Assembly: GCA_973895155.1 (NCBI GenBank)
Contig: OZ316892.1
Coordinates: forward strand, 27,117,233-27,181,232
Source: Marsupella aquatica
Lineage: Eukaryota > Plantae > Marchantiophyta
Length of the DNA: 64,000 bases
Reading direction: 5' to 3'
Under the pieces are notes generated by a model, which saw only the letters and a list, made by a program, of their open reading frames with translations, did no database searches and was not told the DNA's origin. This document shows, in pieces, positions 48,652-59,010 of this stretch; position 1 is the stretch's first letter; every line of letters begins with the position of its first letter. The position numbers and the translations under genes are program-made.

Positions 48652-51624
48652 CAATTAACTTCATCATCGGAAGTGGGCCCAGCAGCAGACGAACCTCCTA
48701 ATACTGAGGCTAATAGGGATTTACACCATGATATGGGAGTGTCAGCTACCCTTGAGCCATTTGCACCAGAAGTATCCAAACTTGGACTTCAGCCGGCAAA
48801 CCTCACGGATGGAATTGTGGATCCAAAAGCTTGTCAGAAAATCGAAATTGAGCCAGGCAAGTTTTTGAATATTGGTAAGCATATCGAAGGAGAGCTACGG
48901 GAACAGTATATCAGTTTATTAACCCAGTATAAAGATGTCTTTGCCTGGAGTCATTCTGATTTAAAAGGTATCCATCCACATTTGGGCGAACATCGTATTG
49001 ACCTTATGGAAGGAGCAGTACCTGTCCGACAGAGACAGTACCGTTTGAATCCCAAATATTCCATCCTGGTTAAAGACGAGTTGGACAAGCTCACGACTGC
49101 TGGATTTATCTACCCGGTCTTGAGTAGTGAATGGGTCTCACCAATTGTCATTGTCCCCAAAAAGCCGGGACCCGATGGTAAAACGAAAATTCGCGTTTGT
49201 CAAGACTTCCGGAAGTTGAATGCTGCCACTCGGAAAGATCATTATCCTTTGCCATTTATTGATCTGGTACTTGATTCAGTGGCCTTGCATGAGTTATACA
49301 GTTTTTTAGATGGGTACTCTAGTTATAACCAGGTGTCCATTCGGAAGGAGGATCGCGACAAGACTACGTTCACCACCGACTGGGGTACATATGCATTTAC
49401 CATGATGCCTTTTGGGCTGTGTAATGCCCCGGGTACTTTTCAGCGCATTATGATGATTATTTTTCAAGAATATTTGCGGCATTTCATGGAGATTTTTATT
49501 GACGACTTTTGTGTTTACGGGTCAGCGGCTGAACACCTCGTCCATTTGGAGAAGACATTTCAGAAGTGTAGAGAGGCTCAGTTGTGTCTTCATCCAGAAA
49601 AGTGCTTTATTGGTATGAAGGAGGGAATTTTGTTAGGCCATGTTATTTCACAACGCGGCATTGAGGTTGATACAGAGAAGGTTAGAGTAATTATGGAGTT
49701 GCAACCACCGACCGATTTAAAGCAGCTTCGTGCTTTTCTGGGACATGTGGGGTATTATTGTCGGTTCATTTATAAACATGCTAATATTGCCTTACCCTTA
49801 ACCCAACTGTTAAAAAGTGATGTGGAATATACATGGAATGAGGAGCGGCAGCAAGCATTCCAGTTGCTCAAGGATCGGTTAATCTCTGCACCTATTTTGT
49901 CACCCCCAGATTGGACTAAGAAGTTTCATGTCTTCATTGACTCTTCTGCGTTCTGCATTGGAGCTAATCTCAGTCAGAAGGATGTGGAAAACCGTGACCA
50001 TCCAATTTACTATGCCAGCCGCCAAATGAGTGCAGCCGAGAAAAACTACTCCGTCACTGAACGGGAAGCTTTGGCCATCGTCTTTGCGTGTAAGAAATTT
50101 CGTCACTATTTGTTGGGGTATCAGGTTACTTTTCACACTGATCATAATTCCTTAAAATATTTGGTTAACCAAGTGGATCTCTCAGGACGAGTAGCCCGCT
50201 GGGTTTTACTACTCCAAGAATTTGATTATGAAGTTCATGTCCGACCTGGCAAACATCATGAGAATGCAGACTTCCTATCTCGGTTACCTGGTCCGGAGAA
50301 TCAGCATAATCTCTCCGATGAATTTCCTGACGAGCATTTGTGGCACATTGAAGGGGAGTCTTCTCGATATTTTAATATTGTGCACATGCTGCTTCATGGA
50401 ACGTTCCCTGAAGGCTTTAATGCGGAAGAACGAGCTGTCTTTGCTCATAAGGTGGGTCCCTATACCATTATTCGGGGCACTTTGTTTAAACAAGGTCCTG
50501 ATCAACAATTGCGACGTTGTCTAGAGGATAGGGAACTTCCCCAAGTAATTGAAGCTTTACATTCAGGAGAAACCGGTGGGCATTATGCAGTGAATACCAC
50601 AGTTAAGAAAATTTTGGATGCTGGATACTGGTGGCCTACTATGCATCGAGATACTTACAATTTTATTAAGACCTGTGATCCCTGTCAAAGGATCGGGAAG
50701 CCCACTGCTAGTTCCAAATGGCCTCTTACGCCTATCCTTCCGTTGGCACCATTTGAGAAATGGGGGATTGATTTTATTGGCCCAATTTCTCCAGCAGCTC
50801 GGAAAAGCCGAAGCAAATATATTATTCTGGCCACTGATTATGCCACCAAATGGGTAGAGGCGAAAGCTACTCGCAAGAATGATGCTATAACCGCAGCTGC
50901 ATTTCTCTTTGAGCACATTATCACCCGGTTTGGTTGTCCTTTGGAGTTGGTAAGCGATAGGGGTTTGCATTTTCTTAACTCAACTATTGAGTTAATCACT
51001 GACCTTTATCTTATCAAGCATCGCAAAACTACTCCTTACAACCCCCGAGCTAATGGCTTAACCGAGAGAGCTAATGGCATTATGGGCAAGATTCTGAATA
51101 AAATGGTAGAATCTCACAAGACAGATTGGGATGTGAAGCTCCATTCTGCATTATGGGCTTACCGCACCGCTGAGAAGATTACAACTCTTCACACCCCCTT
51201 CTATCTGACCTATGGCCTGAATAGTATTATTCCAATAGAATTTTCGTTACCAACGGAACGTATCTTGGTACCACACCGACTCTCTCCTTCAGATAGTCTC
51301 TCACATCGGTTTTCCAATATTGTTAAATTAGAAGAAGTTAGACTTTTAGCATTAGACCATACAGTCACCATTCAGAACCAGCGTAAACTTGCTTATGATA
51401 AGAAGCTGCGCGTAGTGCAGTTAGATGTTGGTGATTTAGCATTAGTCTTTGATTCTCGTTATATGCTATTTCCTGGGAAACTTCATACTCATTGGATTGG
51501 TCCTTACCGAGTTACACACATCTGGGATAATGGTTCAGTTTCATTGACTACCTTAGATGGTCACCCACTTAACACTAGAATCAATGGGTTTAGGATTAAA
51601 CGGTACTATGAGTCTTCCATTTAG
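48652..51624 (+). CDS. pol: Pol (RT, RNase H, integrase), in frame with gag-PR after a single TGA
   Basis: RVCQDFRKLN, MPFGLCNAPGTFQR, FIDDF; IDSSAF, TEREALA, TDHNSL; GGHY...CDPCQ, WGIDFIGP, SDRGLHF, ANGLTER. Confidence 0.97.
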   Translation, partial: QLTSSSEVGPAADEPPNTEANRDLHHDMGVSATLEPFAPEVSKLGLQPANLTDGIVDPKACQKIEIEPGKFLNIGKHIEGELREQYISLLTQYKDVFAWSHSDLKGIHPHLGEHRIDLMEGAVPVRQRQYRLNPKYSILVKDELDKLTTAGFIYPVLSSEWVSPIVIVPKKPGPDGKTKIRVCQDFRKLNAATRKDHYPLPFIDLVLDSVALHELYSFLDGYSSYNQVSIRKEDRDKTTFTTDWGTYAFTMMPFGLCNAPGTFQRIMMIIFQEYLRHFMEIFIDDFCVYGSAAEHLVHLEKTFQKCREAQLCLHPEKCFIGMKEGILLGHVISQRGIEVDTEKVRVIMELQPPTDLKQLRAFLGHVGYYCRFIYKHANIALPLTQLLKSDVEYTWNEERQQAFQLLKDRLISAPILSPPDWTKKFHVFIDSSAFCIGANLSQKDVENRDHPIYYASRQMSAAEKNYSVTEREALAIVFACKKFRHYLLGYQVTFHTDHNSLKYLVNQVDLSGRVARWVLLLQEFDYEVHVRPGKHHENADFLSRLPGPENQHNLSDEFPDEHLWHIEGESSRYFNIVHMLLHGTFPEGFNAEERAVFAHKVGPYTIIRGTLFKQGPDQQLRRCLEDRELPQVIEALHSGETGGHYAVNTTVKKILDAGYWWPTMHRDTYNFIKTCDPCQRIGKPTASSKWPLTPILPLAPFEKWGIDFIGPISPAARKSRSKYIILATDYATKWVEAKATRKNDAITAAAFLFEHIITRFGCPLELVSDRGLHFLNSTIELITDLYLIKHRKTTPYNPRANGLTERANGIMGKILNKMVESHKTDWDVKLHSALWAYRTAEKITTLHTPFYLTYGLNSIIPIEFSLPTERILVPHRLSPSDSLSHRFSNIVKLEEVRLLALDHTVTIQNQRKLAYDKKLRVVQLDVGDLALVFDSRYMLFPGKLHTHWIGPYRVTHIWDNGSVSLTTLDGHPLNTRINGFRIKRYYESSI

Positions 51625-51646
51625 AATTCCACCTGGGACAGGTTGC

Positions 51647-51662
51647 AATTTAAGTGGAGGGC
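51647..51662 (+). other. Internal polypurine tract copy
   Basis: AATTTAAGTGGAGGGC, identical to the terminal PPT at 55130-55145. Confidence 0.85.
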
Positions 51663-52007
51663 GGTAGTTATACTTAGTTAGAATTAGTGACCCTCCCTAG
51701 TAAGTATTCGGCATATTTTTTTAATTTTTTTTAGTTACTTTCAGTTTTTACATTGGACGCTGTGAAAAGCGTCCATTGTAACTCGACGCTGGGGAAGCGT
51801 CCACTTAGTTTACAAAGGACGTTGTGCAGAGGTCCGCTTTTGTATTAGTTCAGTTGCATGAGACGCTGTGAGCCGATGACTAGGCATCTTGTACAATGGC
51901 GGATTGCGACAGCTCAACGGGACGCTGAGGAGTAAGCAGTCGCGCTTCGCCCTAGTTCACTATGGAACACGATTCTCACTGAGCTTACGGAGCTAACAAG
52001 TCACGCG

Positions 52008-54581
52008 ATGGCGGAGACTGAGCTGACGACGCGACCAATACTCGCAGACATTCCATCGAATGCAGTGCATAGGCGGCAGTTGAAGACGGCTCTGGCAAAA
52101 ATGGGCTTGAAGAAGCTGCTTCAACTTCCTTGGAAGATTTGCGAATTCAGCCTTATCGATCAAGGTGTCTGGGACGCTGAAGAAAGGATTGGTGTGCGCT
52201 CGCGTCCCAGTGTTTGGACTGAAGCGCTCATAGCGAAGGTCTATTCGACGCCGATGGAGGGCGAGGATTTACAGAGGGTTGATTGTGAGCCTCGGGTTTA
52301 TGTAGAATCCTTCTTCGCTCCAGGATCTTTCAAGAGGCGGAATGGATGGCTAGCGGCGGACTGCTTAGATAATTCTCTGCAGCGTCTATTTCGATTTCTG
52401 GCACCAATTTTCTACCCAGAAAGCCAGACGCGCATCACTCTTTCGTTCGCTGCAACGGTGATCTGTTCATTAGAACAGACGCAGTCTATCAATTGGACGA
52501 AGGTTTTGCACCGAGTAATTCATACTCAGGTCAAAAATTTTCGTAGCAGGCTGAAAACGGGGAAAATAAGGTGTACCTACTTGGCCCCTTATTTAGCTCA
52601 CATTTACCATAAGTATGACTGTCTGCTTGTCTTGGAAAAAGATTTTTATCGCAACAATCAGAGAGCATCTACCGGTGAAGCAAATTATATGCCTGAAGTA
52701 CGAGAAGTCCGAGCCAATTCCACAGTGGTAGAGCTATGTGCAATACTCGACTGTGAGGAACCTGAACTGGTGGGTGAAGTTCGGAAATTGAAAGAGACAA
52801 GAGCATCAGCTGAAGGGAGTGACGATCCGATTCTTCACCAACCAAGAGAGGCTCAAGTTGCCGAAGATGTTCCTTCAGCAATGCCAACAGGGTTGGAGCA
52901 TTCTATGTCACCTCGACTCTCGTGTTCACCTTGTGCTGCCGAGCCTATTTATGATGTTGATCAGGATAATTCTGCTTCTCGGATGAATGTTGAAGATGAG
53001 GTGAGGGTGGATGAAGAAGGTTTTTCAGGGGAACCTCTTCAACATTCTACTGCTGAGGACGAGTATGATGGATTTACTTCTACCCCTGTTTTGGTTCCCA
53101 TAGAGGCAAATAGTGATGCTTTGCAGGCTTTACAGGAGTATGATTCGTCCGACTCTCTTAGTTCTAGCCCAAATATAGGTGAAATCCCTCTGGTCCAGGA
53201 GTCAGAAATATTAAGCTCAGAAATTGTGAAGCTGGTTAAAGTTGATTCGGAGGATGCAATTGTGGATATAGACGAAGTAGGTGAACCAGTGACTTCTCCC
53301 CAATCTGTCGCAAGATACCCTGCCTGGTCTACACCTGGTTCACTCATATCGATTCCTTTGGATATAACTAAGGAATTAGATGAGGCAATAGCCGCGATAG
53401 GAGCTCCTTCATTTCCGCCTGTAAAATGGGTTTCTCCTGAAGATGAGTTGATTGAAGGAGGCTCTGCTGGTTTTCCGAGTCGCAATCAGGTATCTGGTAA
53501 TATGGGTATATCTGTACCCATATTGGTACCCGAGACACCCGCTTCGACAACCAGCTCAGCACCAGTTTCATTGGCTACAAACGAGGATAAAAACATTCGG
53601 GAGGAGTTTTCAGTGACGTATACTCGAAAATCTTGGAAACGGTTGCGCCATGCTATCAGTCGACAGATCTTTCCTGAAGCATCTTCCCAGGATTTTGAAC
53701 AGGGAGAAGCACCTATCGGAACAGACGAGCTACCCCTTCCTGTACTTTTGACAGATCGAACTAACCAGGAAGTCTCTTTACCTAGCGATAATTTTAAAGA
53801 AGAACTTCCTGTTTTAGTACCAATGCATCCCATTGCAGATCAACCAGCTACTGTTGCAAGAGAAGAATTTGAACCACTGGAGCCCGAACCTTCTGCTCCT
53901 TCGTCTCCTGTTACATTGCCAATTCGACCAGTTAAGGAGTCAGTGATTCCTTCCGCTATGCCAGATGTAATTTTCCGTTGGATAGGAGCACCAAGTGATG
54001 GAGAAGAAGACGAAGACCCTCGCATTATCAGAGTACCTCCTCGACTTCGGCATACAGTGGATTTGCCACCCCGAAATCCTATCCCTAATTTGGCTTCAAT
54101 TCACAGGTGGGAGAAGAAACATTTTCGAGTAGCTTTTCGACATCTGGAGATGGAGAGCATTTTGCAGCAGCAGCAGATTTTGCCAATGACATCCCATCCG
54201 AGGATTCGTAGTTTGATTCGCACATATGAACCTGGGAAGGCGGTTCCTCCCATTGATAAGGACAGACGACATAAGTTTTCGGAGTTCGAAATTTGGTGTT
54301 GGGTGTATATGCTTCGACGAGCTCAAGCTCCATTTCCGCCCCTTGTGCCGGAAATTCCATGGCCCTATCCATACTATGTTTGGGTTTGTCCTGGTGGGTT
54401 TGCTATTCCAATTAAATATGAGAAGAAGCTTGTTAAGCTAAGGGAGCAGTTGATTACAAAACAATGTATGCTACCGGCTTCCCAAGGGTTCAAGTCGCTT
54501 AGGTGTTTAGCGTTCCTACCTATTATTCCTTCTTATCCGGATGTGATTATTCAAGGTGTTTTATCTAGGACACAGATTTGA
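52008..54581 (+). CDS. Retrotransposon extra 3' ORF (857 aa), unknown function
   Basis: Uninterrupted sense ORF between pol and the 3' LTR; globular N-terminus of about 210 aa, acidic/Pro-Ser-rich middle, aromatic/basic C-terminus; no clear TM helix. Confidence 0.88.
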   Translation: MAETELTTRPILADIPSNAVHRRQLKTALAKMGLKKLLQLPWKICEFSLIDQGVWDAEERIGVRSRPSVWTEALIAKVYSTPMEGEDLQRVDCEPRVYVESFFAPGSFKRRNGWLAADCLDNSLQRLFRFLAPIFYPESQTRITLSFAATVICSLEQTQSINWTKVLHRVIHTQVKNFRSRLKTGKIRCTYLAPYLAHIYHKYDCLLVLEKDFYRNNQRASTGEANYMPEVREVRANSTVVELCAILDCEEPELVGEVRKLKETRASAEGSDDPILHQPREAQVAEDVPSAMPTGLEHSMSPRLSCSPCAAEPIYDVDQDNSASRMNVEDEVRVDEEGFSGEPLQHSTAEDEYDGFTSTPVLVPIEANSDALQALQEYDSSDSLSSSPNIGEIPLVQESEILSSEIVKLVKVDSEDAIVDIDEVGEPVTSPQSVARYPAWSTPGSLISIPLDITKELDEAIAAIGAPSFPPVKWVSPEDELIEGGSAGFPSRNQVSGNMGISVPILVPETPASTTSSAPVSLATNEDKNIREEFSVTYTRKSWKRLRHAISRQIFPEASSQDFEQGEAPIGTDELPLPVLLTDRTNQEVSLPSDNFKEELPVLVPMHPIADQPATVAREEFEPLEPEPSAPSSPVTLPIRPVKESVIPSAMPDVIFRWIGAPSDGEEDEDPRIIRVPPRLRHTVDLPPRNPIPNLASIHRWEKKHFRVAFRHLEMESILQQQQILPMTSHPRIRSLIRTYEPGKAVPPIDKDRRHKFSEFEIWCWVYMLRRAQAPFPPLVPEIPWPYPYYVWVCPGGFAIPIKYEKKLVKLREQLITKQCMLPASQGFKSLRCLAFLPIIPSYPDVIIQGVLSRTQI

Positions 54582-54593
54582 AGGACACCATTT

Positions 54594-55070
54594 ATGAGAG
54601 ATATCAAACGGTGTTGTCATTTATATGTATATAAGCCGTTACTTTTGCAGCATCCTGCAATTGTTTCCTTCTTTCTCCTTCGAATTGATATTTATCTGCT
54701 CATGTGGGACATCAAAGCTACTATGGATTGTTGGAATTCTTTACCCCGTGCTTTCCAACATTCCTTTGAAGGCAAGATCAAACTGGGAGGACATGCTATT
54801 CAACACTTTGTTATTGATCCAGGCTCTCGAATTAATTTCCTCTCCCACAGACTGTGCCAGCAATTTGTTCATCAAGAAGTACAACCGATATCTGCTCAGA
54901 TATCAATCGATGGACGAATCATTAATCTTTGGGGAAGAGTTAAAGGAGTCCCAATACAGATCGGAGAAGAATTCCATGACCTCGATTTTTATATTCTGGA
55001 TTCGGATATCTCCCAACTCCCGTCAATGATTTTGAGCACTACTTGGATTATTAAGCCAGAATATTATTAA
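54594..55070 (+). CDS. Second retropepsin-like (aspartic protease fold) ORF
   Basis: HFVIDPGSRINFLS (D-[ST]-G-like), GRVKGVPIQIG, LDFYIL, MILSTTWI (ILGxxWL-like); same frame as the 857-aa ORF, four codons after its TGA. Confidence 0.7.
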   Translation: MRDIKRCCHLYVYKPLLLQHPAIVSFFLLRIDIYLLMWDIKATMDCWNSLPRAFQHSFEGKIKLGGHAIQHFVIDPGSRINFLSHRLCQQFVHQEVQPISAQISIDGRIINLWGRVKGVPIQIGEEFHDLDFYILDSDISQLPSMILSTTWIIKPEYY

Positions 55071-55129
55071 TGAAGAACATGTCACTCGCTTCTGATTCAA
55101 TTCGGTCATGTCTTGTGGGGACACGGCGA

Positions 55130-55147
55130 AATTTAAGTGGAGGGCTA
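55130..55147 (+). other. Terminal polypurine tract
   Basis: AATTTAAGTGGAGGGCTA directly before the 3' LTR. Confidence 0.88.
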
Positions 55148-56534
55148 TGTGGTATGGGTGTCCCTGCAATTTTTTCTGGAAACTTGTTTATTTTTAGCAT
55201 ATCACAAGATTTACTTACACTTTAGACACCTTCCGGCCAACATTTACTTGTTCTGGACACTTATAGAAATATTTGACATCTCCGGCTTTCCTGACGATTC
55301 CTAGTGTACTTTGCCCGACGCTGTGACCAGCGCCCGTTTCTTTTACTCAAGACGCTGCGGAAGCGTCCAACCTCCTCATGACGCTTTTGGCAGTGCCCGA
55401 CCGCCACCAAGACTCTATGAGGATTTCGACCGACGCTGTGGAAAGCGTCAGCTTCAACACACGACGCTGTGAGCAGCGTCCACCCTAGTATTGACGCTGT
55501 GAGCAGTGTGAGCAGCGTCCGTTGGTTTTACTTAAGACGCTTCTAGCAGCGTCCAGATTCTCCCGACGCTTCTAGCAGCGTCCGCTCAACACTTAGTTTT
55601 TGAAGTAGATTACTAGTAAAGTAGTATTCTACCACCCTTGTTGAAGTACTTATGCTGTGCTTCTCCCTTGTTTAGTTTTAAGCTTGGAAAGGCACGACTG
55701 TTCTTACCTCCTCCATTTTAGGATTCCAGCACTTATAAGACAGAGTAGAATGCTCATTTGAAGTAGAGAGAAATAGAGTTAATACTGTATTCAGAATTGA
55801 GTCTTCTGAATAGTTTTCTCCTCCTTCCATTGTAACAAGGCATGCTGTGAGTGTTTTGTATGGAAGTAAAGCTATATTGATTGAAGTTAAGATTGAATTC
55901 AAGAGATTCCTGTGGTGATTGAATTCAGTTGCAGATTTCTGAAACTCGTATTGAATTCACTGCTAGGCTTGCTTGCAGAGTCGGGATTCGCTAGCCAATT
56001 CAAGAATAGTTAATGATAAATGAGAAGTAAATTCTGATTCTCAGAGTAGTTAGTACTGTTGCTTTGATTCTGGAATATGGTTTAGAGTTTGACTGAATTG
56101 CGTATCGCTGATGTCAAACCATGTTGACGGCATTTTAAATCATATCATTCATTTGCAATCAGAAAGCTTCTGCTTCATCAGATTGAGAATTCCATTATCA
56201 TTAACCTTTGTGTTTTGAAGAGTGAGATGGATGAATTATGAGATAGATTTCATGTCTATACTGAGCCCAAATCCTTTCTGAAGGAGTGGCAGTAGCTTGT
56301 AGTCTCTAAATCCTTACTCATTTCTTCTCTAATTCATAAATCAGAAGTTCAGTTACTTTGTTGTTTGTTTATTCGATTTTTTTATTGAGAAGTGAAGTCA
56401 ACATAGAGCTCAAGACTCTAAATCACTCGGAGTGATAAAAGTTATACAATTCATTCTGAAATCTGTTCTTAAAGGGATCGAAACCCTGGTTTTAGGTGAG
56501 GAGAGTCACTTTTGATACTTAGCACTATACGACA
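55148..56534 (+). repeat. 3' LTR
   Basis: Same length as the 5' LTR and no mismatch seen; followed by GGAAA. Confidence 0.98.
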
Positions 56535-58199
56535 GGAAATCACCGTAGTCCTCAGTGAGAGCTCTGAAATTGCTGCTCGAAATTGAATTAATTTTGAAAA
56601 TTGCTTCAAGCCGCAAATGAATATCGAATCAAAAATTATTGAGAGTAAGGGAATTCAGGAAGACGTCATTGCTCCTCACCTAAGACGGAGGCATTGACTG
56701 GACCGTGAAGAGGTTGAGTACTCTTGCTCCACAGCGATGAGAAGCAAGGCAACTAATGATAGAGCGACGACTTTGGATTGAACAAAAGAGAGGAGGGGAG
56801 GGAAACACCAAAACTAGCCAGGATGTGATTGCGAATGTGAAAGGATGAGAGCAATTGATCTCCAAGGATCCCAACGGTACTATGTGATCCGCGATTTATA
56901 CCCAAAATCCGATACAAGTGGAAAGAATGATTGAATTGCTGATGACATGAGACTGAGGACCGTCGTTGACAATCGGAAGAGAACCAGGTGATTCGGTGAG
57001 AAAAAGGCGGAGAAATTACAAATTTGAGGAGAGTGACATTTATGACAAAAAACAAAGATTCAGATTCATGTGCGTAGTATATGGGTAAGCTCGGTGTTGG
57101 TGATGAAAGCCGTGCAAAACAGTATGATGTTCTTGAGTGGCTTGAAATGCGGTTCCTGGCATCATATCCTTCCCACAATTTAGCCGATGGTCGTATTGCT
57201 GAGCAGCCAAAATCCAATTGGAAGCAACCGAGCAGTCATTTCAAGGATTATTTTTCTTCACTTCATGTACAGCTGTAGATTGGATCGACATCAGCCTAGC
57301 CAGGGAGGCCGGGGGCCAGATGTTTACAGGAGCAGTACTCGGGATGGAACTCGGTGGGCATTGTAACAGGTAGGGAGGATGAGAATCAAGTCGTTGACCT
57401 AAGTTTGGGAAATTATACTCCCAGATTCGGCGAACCCAGATTGAGATAATTGGAAAACCAGTTGATAACATCTCGCTTTTGAATACCCTGTACTTCCATG
57501 GCTTCAAGCTTCCTGGCCTCGAACAAGTATCTTCTCTCCCATATCTGCTCCCAGTAGCGGTCTGTTTCATCGATTAAAGAGTGATCGCTCTCCATTTTGT
57601 CTGCAATAAGGGCCTCTTTGTAACTTTCAAACTCCTCATCTATGTCACATATTGTCCAACACATACCTCGGTACTTTTCAATCTCAATCAAATCAAACTA
57701 CAGATAGGGGTCCACGAACTAATTAAATAATATACCATATAATTAAAAGTTCACACAAGATCTAGAGTACGTGAGTACGTCACGCAGTTTTACTGACTCA
57801 CTCTATCAGAGCCTGTAAAGATGGTTTCTGACCAAGGACCTCCAGATATCAACGATATCCAGTGCCTGTTTCCAGGGGGTCTTGGCCTTTCTTTCCCGCT
57901 TCTTTTGAGAGCCGCAATTGTGGAAAATTCTTCTGTCTCGGACACGTGGAAGCGCGAGTCTGGTCCTTCAGGGTTGGATACCCTGCATTCCTTGCCCTGC
58001 TTACGCGTTGACAGATGGTAGTAAACTGTAATTCCATTGAGCCTGTGACAGTACGGGATGTAAAAACTGATGATCGTTGGTAAATGGTGGGCTTGGCAAT
58101 TGACCGGTTGGGTACGACGCCAGCAAGTTTGAACGGTGTGATCTTCCACCTCAGGTGCAAGACTTGCTATTCCTTACAATGTACTTTTTGGGTGTCGTT

Positions 58200-59010
58200 A
58201 TAGGGCAAAAAGGTCTAATTGTCTGTCATTGTGTCACGTTCATGGCGACAAAACTGCCTTGTTTACACCCCCACTAAGTAGATATCTAATTGTCTGGAGT
58301 ATGACTATCAAAGTGTCAAATCCATGGTGACAAAACTGTCTTGGTTTATAGCCCCACTAATTAAACATCTAATTGTCATTACTAGGGTGGTCAAAGTATC
58401 GAGTCCATGGTGTCCAGGTATTTACACCACAAGTAAAATAATTTCTAACAATCTCTACCTGACTGTCAAAGTGTCAGGCTATAGTGTTAAAAATGTCTTG
58501 TTTAGATTGGCATCAAGTAAGAGAATGTCTAATGGTCCATGCAACTACTTTCACATTGTCAAGTCCATGGGAAAATATCTATTGTTTACACCCCCATCAC
58601 CTAAAACAATTTCTAACAAACAGTACTATGACTGTCAAAGTGTCAAGCTCTATGTCTTGTTTACATTCACATCAGGCAAGAGAATGTCTAGTGGTCGACT
58701 GTCACAATGTCAAGTCCGTGGTGGCACAAAATGATTGTTTACACCCCTATCAGTATAATGTCTACTGGTCCATACAATGACTCTCAAAGTGTCATGGACA
58801 GTGCATTAAACCTATGTCGGCAATATAACCAAATATAAATCAAGATACATGTAATTCAAATCACTTGGTTTGTAGATCATATAATGTATTTATTTATGTT
58901 CAAGTGTAGGGAGCGCATTAACTTAACGCGCATTAATTTAAAGCGCACTAACTTAACATAGATTTAACATAACACGCAGTTCAAGTCCATGGTGGCGAGA
59001 ACGTGTAATC
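58200..59010. repeat. Degenerate tandem repeat (about 85-90 bp units), with a second block at 59873-60030
   Basis: Recurring TGTCAAGTCCATGG...GTTTACACCCC...TGACTGTCAAAGTG; both blocks end TCAAGTCCATGGT.GCGAGAACGTGTAATC. Confidence 0.75.

Larger units (their letters stand above)
42993..56534 (+). mobile_element. Full-length young Ty3/Gypsy retrotransposon, non-chromovirus (Athila/Phygy-like), with extra 3' ORFs
   Basis: 1387-bp TG...CA LTRs, GGAAA TSD on both sides, PBS TGGCGCCGCTGCCGGGGA 44386-44403, order gag-PR-RT-RH-INT, no chromodomain or extra RNase H seen. Confidence 0.98.

Noticed and set aside
56680-58160. Short ORFs flanking the Gypsy 3' LTR
   Set aside because: Fragmentary, overlapping on both strands, no identifiable motif
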